Below are positions 13,219-22,000 of a stretch of DNA of 64,000 nucleotides, one piece after another. The stretch is from assembly GCA_000708835.1 (NCBI GenBank), contig DF237373.1:15803-79802 (forward strand), in the 5' to 3' direction. The notes under the pieces were generated by a model. The model saw nothing but the letters and a program-made list of their open reading frames with translations, did not search any database and was not told the origin of the DNA. The translations under genes and the position numbers were made by a program. The stretch comes from Klebsormidium nitens (Eukaryota > Plantae > Klebsormidiophyceae). The stretch's first letter is position 1. Every line of letters begins with the position of its first letter.

Positions 13219-16200
13219 TCAATCCGAGTCCTCGTAGAGGCCGTCGTCATCCTCGGGCTCCTCGAACGCGCCCAGGTCCAGCTGGTAGCGGAGCAGACCT
13301 GCACACGAGAAGAGGTTTGGAACCATAAAACTATTATTCGCAACCAGAGGTTGCGGAGCAGACCTGCACACAAGAAATCAGTTCGAAACCATCACCGCAA
13401 CCAGAGTCTGCGGAGCAAACCCGCACACAGGAACACAGTCCGAAACCTTTTGAGGTTCTTTCTTGACAAGGTGGGAGCCGAAGCATATGCTTTCCGGCAG
13501 GGTTGATTCCTCATCAGCTCAATTTCTGCAAGAGTCTAATGTTACCATAATTGTAGACCGGTGAACTTTCGACATCGGTTGGAGCATCCTTACACGTTCT
13601 TTTCGATATTCTGCAACGGCGAACGAGCGAGAGGCACAGGTCTGAGCTGCTTAGAGAGAATTCAGCATGTATACATTCCTGGAAAAAGGGGTCGAACCCG
13701 AAAGTGACCATCACGGGCCAATTGAAGGAGCGAGGACACGTTCGACAAAACTTCAACCGTGCTTCGAACCGGTGGTCTGGTGCACGAAAGCATCCAGAGG
13801 GTGGCATCCAAATCCAACCAAAAGCACAGCCCAAACAGAACACGGCCTCGCTCATATGCTAGAATCTCAACAGAGTCCTGGCGCTTTTGGACACCCCAGA
13901 GCAACTTCAGCAGTAGGCGACCATCAAACAGAAAACAGGCCCCTCACCGCCGATGCCTCCGAAGCCCCTGCAGAACTGCGACCCCTCCTGCGACTTGTTG
14001 GTGACGAACTCGAGCGTGCAGCCGAACTTGGTGTACTCCTCGGCGAGCCACTCCAGGAGCGACTTCTGCTCAACGACCTCTAGGTCCGTGTTCGTCTCCG
14101 CATCCACAAAGTGCGACCGGTCCTTCTCCTGCTCCTTGGTCAGGATCTTCACCATCGTCTCTGCAAAAAGGGAAGGAACACATCAATATGCGTCCCAGCG
14201 ATAGCTTGACTGCTCCTTGAGCTAAATCTTTACCGTTGTTATGTGCAAGAGGGGAAGGGATGCGACTAACTTGATAATGTTTCCACCATGTCGTGATTTC
14301 GGGACGCTGTCTCTGCAATACTGCGAGGAGATTTCTGCTAACGAAAGGGTAAGTGATCGTCTCAAGGCCGTCCTTCCCTTCTACCTTGAAACCTTGACAA
14401 CAGTCTGTACAGCCAAGACAAAACGCACAACCACCATCATGCAAGAAGTCCTCGGATGAAGCCAATAGGCTGCTCAAGAACATAATCAGCGCAACCGTCT
14501 ACCCGGAGCATGTACTCCAGAACTGACTTCTTCCGAACATAGAAGGGTGACTTGAGTTCCTCTAATCTCCAGTTTCGAAATGCTTGGGCACATTCTAGAC
14601 CAAAACTTGAAAGAGTATATGCAGTAGCGCTCACCTCCGGAAGTGGGATTCTTGAGCGTGTAATGGTTGATGTCCAGGTTCTCCCAGACGAGCAGCGTCT
14701 CCACGGCCCCCGCATCTAGCGCCTTGAGCGTGTCGTCGACGCCATACACGTACTTGCCCGTGTTCTGTGCAATCTCCTCGAAGTACTTGCCGATCAGGCG
14801 CTTCTCCTGGATGAACTTGACGTTCTTCAGGATGTCGGCAGAGAGCTCGATTGCCTGGAGGAAGGAAACGAGAGTGAGAGATGAATACAAAGAGGCACAC
14901 CGAGCATCGAGTCACACAGCAATGAGGGGGGGCAACGCCGATCAACCTGGGTCAGTAGCTGAAAGTCGTCAATCTTGTAACGGGGCCAACATGGATGATG
15001 AGCATATGGATGATTTGAAACAAACCAATCTGATATGTCAAATGAATGAAGCTGAGGATAGACCTCGAGGCGTACTTCGCTCATCTGTTAAGAACTTCCC
15101 CCTGCCTCAGATGTGTCAACCTCGACACAGATCGCGTCAGATTCAAAACAGGAGGATGTTACAAAGACAAAGGGCGAGCTTTTGCTCAGCAGCACTTGCC
15201 TGATTGAAGCCGTTCTCCCCACCATACGACACATCCACCACGTTGATGATCTTCGCCTGGAGCCTGGGATCAAACATGTCCGACTGGCCCAACTCCGTCT
15301 TGAAGTCTGCAGATCCCGCCAGGACAATGCCAGCCACATTCGGCTGCAAAGCAGAAGACAAACCTAATCAGAAGATTCAATTGCACGCCTTGCAAACACG
15401 CAACTTGGGACGCCTAGCCTGGATAGCAACCCAATCGAAAGAGAAGAACTATCCTTCCCAAAGGATTGCAGGTAGGAACTCACAGACTTTGATTTTGTGC
15501 AGGTTGACAGCGCAGGTAGGCAACCACCAGCAAGTCAAAGGGCCACAATATCGCAGAACTGCCTTTTCCAAGACAAGTCACCTTTTGCTAGTTTAACAAG
15601 ATGGCCTTCAAAAAACTCAGAAACACTTCTCATCAACCTTTTGAGCCCTTGCGCAGTTTCTCTTGCTTCCTATTTTTACACTCGCTTCTTCCATTTGTAA
15701 GGATCTGTCATAAGTGATTTCAAATCCCTGCCAGAAACAGAAATCTATTCTGCAAGCTCACCTGGCTCGTGGCAGGGTTGATGAAGAACTGCGTGCTCAG
15801 CTCGGCGACCTTTCTAACGTAGTTGTGACGCTTTTCCACACGCAGACGCGCGAAACGGAGCGCAGACTGCCCTCCTCTGCCGTGCTTCTTTGGCAGGTCG
15901 ACCGACACCTTGTGCAAAATCTCACGGGTGTTTCCGCTCAGGGTGCCAAAGAGGGAGCCATTGCCATCCATCACCTGCAGACCATAGCGCCAAGTTCAAG
16001 GTCTGAACTGCCACCTTAACACTAAAGCTACCCTTCAAAGGCAACTTGCAGGTAAGAATTGTTTGTGCGTCTTATAAACATCGGACAACGGATAAAAACA
16101 CATTTGTATCCACTGGGAGGCAGCAATGCATAATGCTCAAGATGAAGACCAGTCTCCCAATGCTGACCCTACAAAAGTGCCGCAACTTGTGCAAATACAG

Positions 16201-17969
16201 CAAACCCGCAGTGTGAATGCTGCAAATTCAAGATGCAGCTTGAAGACATCCCCTCACGCTGATCTTGCACAAACAATTGCAACTCCTGTGTGTGAACAAA
16301 GTACTACGCAAAGCAAGCCAAACGGGCACTGGGGTAGTGCCTGGAGTGGATGATACTCACAATGAACCCAAACGTGTCGTCTGACTCCAAAAGCTCTTTC
16401 AATGGCTGCAAGACAAGGGACAACGGATCACAATCAGGCCATATGAACAGAATGAATTTGAAGCAGCTAAGATGCTGCAATGACGCATGATGAATATCAT
16501 TTTGCAATCAATGCTTTCTAGCACGAGGCAGCTTGTACAGAACTTTGCTTCGTCATCTAGGCTGTACCCAGTGACCTTTCGGCAGAGGCTCCAGACCTCT
16601 TCTTTCTCAAACAAGTCAACAAAAACTGGACACTCCATTCCTGCCAGCAACTGCTCACCTCCGTATGGAACTTGCTGTCACACAGGTAGAGGGAGATGTT
16701 GATCGGCTTGAAAGGCTCGATTGCCATGCTCATCTTCTTCTCCTTGCCATCGTCTGTCATCACAGTGCCCGTGTAGATGACCAGTCCATTCGCGGGCACC
16801 TGCGTTGGACAAGGCAATGCAGCGCCGTCAGAAGCATAAACTTTCCGGCGTCAAACAGACACCATTCATTTGTCGGCTATGCACTGCGTGAGTGCTGATA
16901 GGGCCTTCATCCAATTGCAATTCTGCTCAATCTTTTCGCTTATGGTTCATATTCGTAATTCAAGTTGCCTTGAAAAAAGCGCAGTGCCACCAGCAAGCAT
17001 CACTGCTGCACGTGGAACAACTCCACTTCAAAAGCCTAGACAAGTTGCTATTATGTAAACCAATATCAACATTTGGACGAGGTGCCTCCATAGCACCCAC
17101 AGGAAAAGGTGTTCAACGCAGCAGCAACCCCAGAACCACAATTTAAGCAAGGTAACCCCACGATTCCAGCGCCACTCACCCTAGTGAAAAGCTTCAGCTT
17201 CTGCTGAGCAGATGTGATAGCCGCAAGGACCGAGAGCCTGTTCACTCTGCTCTTAATGTTGGACGCCGTGCCTGCTTCTTCTGTCAGCATCTTAGCCACC
17301 CGGGAGATCTGGCCGCCCTGGGGCATGATGATGGAAATCATGCTCGTTCCATTGCTGCAACAGGAGACAAAAAATGTGAGCTTAAGCTCCAAAGTGAAGA
17401 TCAATGACAGGTTTTTGATCATGTTGAATCATCACAGAACACACGGCTCAGGCTCAAACCCGAAACCCCACTGAAACCTTGGCAGGCTTGCATGCATGAA
17501 CACTTCATTGCGGCTGAAGGCATACGGCTTTTTAGTTGCAAAACAGCGAATACTTGACAAAAGGGCCCCCTGAGAAAGAATGCATAACTCAGACTAGCAA
17601 CCATTACCACTGACCAGCACTGTCAGAAGAGTAATATTAACAGGCAATGGAACAATAATTCCTTTGTGACAGTCGTACAAGCCAAGAATTGCGTATTCAT
17701 CGCAAATACCCCAGATCGTGGCTACCATGCATCCAATGGAAAAGCTGTACCCTCAGAATTCAAAACACATACGTGCAGCCACAAAACTTCACGTGTCTTC
17801 CTGCTAGGAACAAGAAGCAAAGCAATTGGAAACATGCGGGAGGAAAGGATTCTGCACAGTGCAAACCTTACCCTCGGTATGAATCCAAGGTCTTGATGAG
17901 CCTTTTGATCTTCCAAACCTCTATGTTCTTGTCCCCCTCCGCTTTCCCGTGGTCCGCACGTTCAGACAT
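13219..17969 (-). CDS. eRF1: Eukaryotic peptide chain release factor 1, about 442 aa, 9 exons
   Basis: Seen: exons 17969-17872, 17354-17180, 16799-16659, 16405-16361, 15974-15762, 15343-15200, 14854-14635, 14160-13948, 13298-13219 (TGA). Diagnostic motifs [31 protein letters not shown] (GGQ), [30 protein letters not shown]. Confidence 0.97.
13288..13450. repeat. Three-copy, ~60-bp tandem repeat spanning the last eRF1 3' splice site
   Basis: Seen: GCGGAGCAGACCTGCACAC at 13288 and 13353, and a degenerate GCGGAGCAAACCCGCACAC at 13410. Confidence 0.85.
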
Positions 17970-19041
17970 TGTGCCTCGAGCCTCGTTCTCGATTCCTGAA
18001 AGGGCAAGGAGGCTTGGGCAAGAGCTGAAGCTTACGGGCGCCGAAGGCAAGAGCGGACAGGAGAAAACAAGCCTGCTCAGGGTGGAAACCCGTCAGTTTT
18101 GCACCAGCAGAAACCGACGAAGTGAGCTGGACTTCAGATCCAAGAATTCGAAGTGCACGACACCAGCTGTCACTTGCCAACTAGGGGTGCGGTAAATACG
18201 TGCACTGAGTTCATCCGGTAGCTACAAAAGTTGGCGTCTGAATTGTTGAAGCTTTACCACTTAATAGTAGCCAATCCTAATAGTACTCCAGGTTTGCCAG
18301 CGAACGCATAGTCCTACCCGGCCTGTCTAGAATGATCAACAAGTCCCATGCAACGCGGAATAGAAACAGGCAGACCGAACACGCCTATCCATTCAAATCC
18401 GGTCATGATCCACAGATCCAGTTTGCCATCCATACGATAGCATGTATAGACATGCACAATGTTCTGAAAAAAAGTTCGCCCGAACTCTATGTCCTCTCTA
18501 TGTTTGTACTTCTATTTCTCAACACATATTCCTCACGAAGTCAAATCCTTGCATGGTTTTCTATTAGTCATGGAAAATCGTGCACGAAGCAGCTGCTTGT
18601 CCGAGTCTGATAAGTATACATTAACGCATTACGAAAGAAGACTGAGAGGGCAGAATCTGGTCCTTCCAAGTGGTTCCTTGGAACTGAAAAACTACTGATT
18701 GTAACCAAGGATGCACTTGTGTGAGCTATGTAGGCACCGTCGCATTCGCTAAGGTAGGGCTGTTTCACTTGTCAAAGCAAAGTAGCCATCGGTGCAAACA
18801 TTGATGAGGACAGCCTAGGAAACCGCAAACGTGAAGCACCAAGATAAGCTAGATAACTTAGGTCACGAGGGACTTAGACTTAGAATTGCGATCTCTCACA
18901 ACTCACAACAATAAACGTTCTAGAAGCAACACCAAGCGGGCCAGACACGTTTTGAACTTCAACAACTCTGCTAAGCATGCACGAGTTTGATCACAACACC
19001 AGTAGTTTACGACTTTAGATTACCCGTGTCCCCTGCGGTGG

Positions 19042-22000
19042 TCATGAATCTTCTTCCTCTTCCTCCCCGGACAGCCAGCAATGCGCCGAGTCCCCGCTCA
19101 CTTGTCCGTCCTCCACCCAAACCGGCTTCGGCACACCTTTCACTTTGAGCAGAAACGATACTACACCCTCGGGGGAAACCCGCCGACCCCTCACGAAGTC
19201 GACCGCGCACTGCGTCAACCCGTTATCTTGCGCCTTCCCGATCGCGCGTTTAGACTTCCCCTTCTTCGCAGCAGGCTGCGCCTTGACGGTTTCGGACATG
19301 GAAACCTTGGGCTCCCGTTTTCGCTTCTTTGGGGGGCTGTCAATTGACGGCTCCTTGACTAGTGCTGCGCCCCCCTGGTCCGAGTCGGCGCTCACGGGAA
19401 TGACCTCCTCTTCCCCCTGAAAGAGGACGGACTTGAAGTAAGAGGCTGAAACAAGCATATACGCGCCACTTTGTCGAGGTCCGGCTTGGCTTTCTTCGGA
19501 GCCTTATCCCTACGAAGTCCCAGTGCAAATCAAAATCGGACAACTAACACTGTTGACTAGACCGCAAGGTTGCAGGCGCGGAGGCAGAGGATTCAAAGCA
19601 AAGCAGATCTGACGGCTTACGTCGTCAATCTGGACCTCGTCGCCCTCCCCCTCTTCGCCCTCGAGCGCTGCGGTCCCGTCCCTGTCGGCCCGCACGATGT
19701 GCACCTTCACCCGCCACTTCTCCTGCAGCGGGGCAGGATCCGTCGAACGTGAGCAGTCACATAGAAAGCCTTGGGGGCATTCAACGGTCCGCTCATCGAC
19801 TGCCGTTACGACTCGAGCGGCGACCGGGGTTCCAATCAATTTCGCATTTTCAGGACGATTGTATCGAATTCAGACCGAAGTAGAGCCAGCTACACGTATC
19901 ATAAGAGACCACTTCCCGAAGACTTCAATTGGGTTCTAATAGAGGCACAGGTTGAGCTTACAGGTCGATGAACATGTGGAAAGAACTTTGCTAAGGTTGA
20001 TTGCGAATATGATAGCTTTAGAGCCTTATCAAGGGAGGGCTAGTTCTCAAGAAGCTTGATTTGTGGGAAAGAAAAGTTGCAGTGTTCGAACAGCAAACGC
20101 TTGAGTGGGCAGGCAACATTTTTTGTTTCTGCTCTCCAGGAAAAGAAGGTCTGGATATGAACCAAGGGATTCTCCTCGGGGGATTTCGAAGAGCGGCGAA
20201 AGCGAAGGACTCCTGGGAGAAAGAGCGTGGCGCTTCGTTCAGTTACCCGATTACACGACTGCCGAAAAGAAAAGGACAAACGGAAACTTTTCATTGCCGG
20301 GGAATGCAAGAGAAACATGCACGCAATTCTGTGTCCAGGTGTAAGAGTTAAGTCCAGGACTCCAGCTCAGATTTTTGTCGGTGCTTTCTCTGCGATTTGT
20401 ATGTTTGAGGCCTTCATTTTTTCAATGCACGTCCTCTAAAGGGAAACGGACAAAAAAACAAGAAGCAGAGTGAGGCAGCGCCCAGATTGAGAGCCTCTAC
20501 GAAGACGTTCTGGCCGGCCCTTTGCACCACGGACGATCGGTACAGAAAAGTGAATGTTGATACAGGAAGCTTCATACACCGGAAAGCGAGAAAGGTCAAT
20601 TTGGCGCCTCGTTTCAAGCTCAAGCACGATGCGAATCCTCTCCTCCGACACTTACGTAAGACAGCTACCTCGGTAGCCACCAGCTTTTTCCTGACAACCG
20701 TCGACACTGTGACGACACTTCTTGCACCTAAAGAACCTCGTCAATCTCTGAGCGTCAAAATTCAACGTCTTCCGCAACAAACGTTAGGGTCTGTTGGCCC
20801 AACAAGGCTGCCGCTGCTCCAACAGCTCTCAAATCGCGAACCGACAGCTGTCAGAGAACAAAACCCAACAGCTGTCAAAGCGAAACCGACAGCTGTCAGC
20901 TCTCTCGCGCGCCAGCTGTCACCTCTCCGCGCGGTTCAATCACTTCAAACACGCAGCAGTCCCCGTCCCCCAGGTCGTGGTCTTTCGCGAAACCGCCCCA
21001 CCCCCCGCTCAGGCCCGCACGGCTCGGCTTATACATAACCTCCCAGCTTTCTCCGTGCTCGTCTTCGAGGATAAGCAGGCCGTCGCGGTCCCCTGGGAGG
21101 TGGTGCTGGCAGAAGTGCGCCTGTAGATGCTGCGGGAAGGTCCGGGGAGGGGGGTAAGGGACGGGGCTGCTGGCGGGGGGTGGAGAAAATAAAGGTTGAA
21201 AAGTAAAAGGTAGGAAAAGGGCGGGGAAAGAGTAGAAAAAAGGAGGGGGAAAGGGGCGAGGAAAGGAGAAATGTACCAAATCGAAATGAAAAGGAAAAGG
21301 AAGAGAAAAGAGAAGAAAAGGAAAAGGAAAGGGAGAGGGGAAAAGAGAAGGGGGGAAAGAAGAGAAGGAAAAAGCAGGAAAACGAAGAAAAGGATAAGAA
21401 AAGGGGGGAGAGGGTCGATCCGGGCATTTAGTAATGAAGAGGGTGGTCGTGACAACTGGGGTGTAACTTGGTTGGGAAAGAAAGTCAATTGTTTTGGGTA
21501 TGGAGATTGGCGGCGCGCCCTGAGCCCCCACGCGAGCGCGCGCCCCGACCTTGTCGACGACCTCGAACTTCGCCGCGTCCCCGTCGTCGAGCCCGTGGTC
21601 GATCGCGAACGCGCGCCAGCCGCCCGAGAGCGCGCCCCGCACCGGCTTATAGACCGCCTCCCACTCCCCCCCCGCGGGGCCCTCGAGCAGCACCGCGCGC
21701 TCGTCGGGGGAGAGATGCGCGTCGCAGAACGCCCTGTCCAGATTCTGGGGGGGAGATACATGTTTCAGGAGCGAGTTTAGGGGTTGTGAGTTTGGGGCTG
21801 GGGGTTCTGAGCAGGCCCCGTGATTTGGAGGAGAGTAGAGAGAAAAAGGGGGGTGTTAGTTTGGGGGAGGGTGGGTTTGTCAAATGGGGGGGTGGATTTT
21901 AGTGGGCGCGGAAGGGGGGGGAAGCGTGTCACCTTGTCCAAAACCTCGAACGCGAGTGCGTCCCCGTCGTCGAAGCCCTTATGGATGGAGTAGCCGCGCC

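Noticed and set aside
19460-19508. Lys-rich segment DKAPKKAKPDLDKV as an extra B3-gene exon
   Set aside because: Its acceptor phase is incompatible with the upstream phase-0 donor, which would read GGA TAA. It cannot be supported without cDNA.
19962-19990. Candidate small exon QSSFHMFID as the last B3 strand
   Set aside because: The exon at 19722-19621 (KWRVKVHIVRA) matches the B3 terminal strand better, and this candidate exits in an incompatible phase.
21271-21780. 169-aa Lys/Arg-rich + strand ORF resembling a basic nuclear protein
   Set aside because: It is a translation of the polypurine tract and the antisense of B3 exon B.
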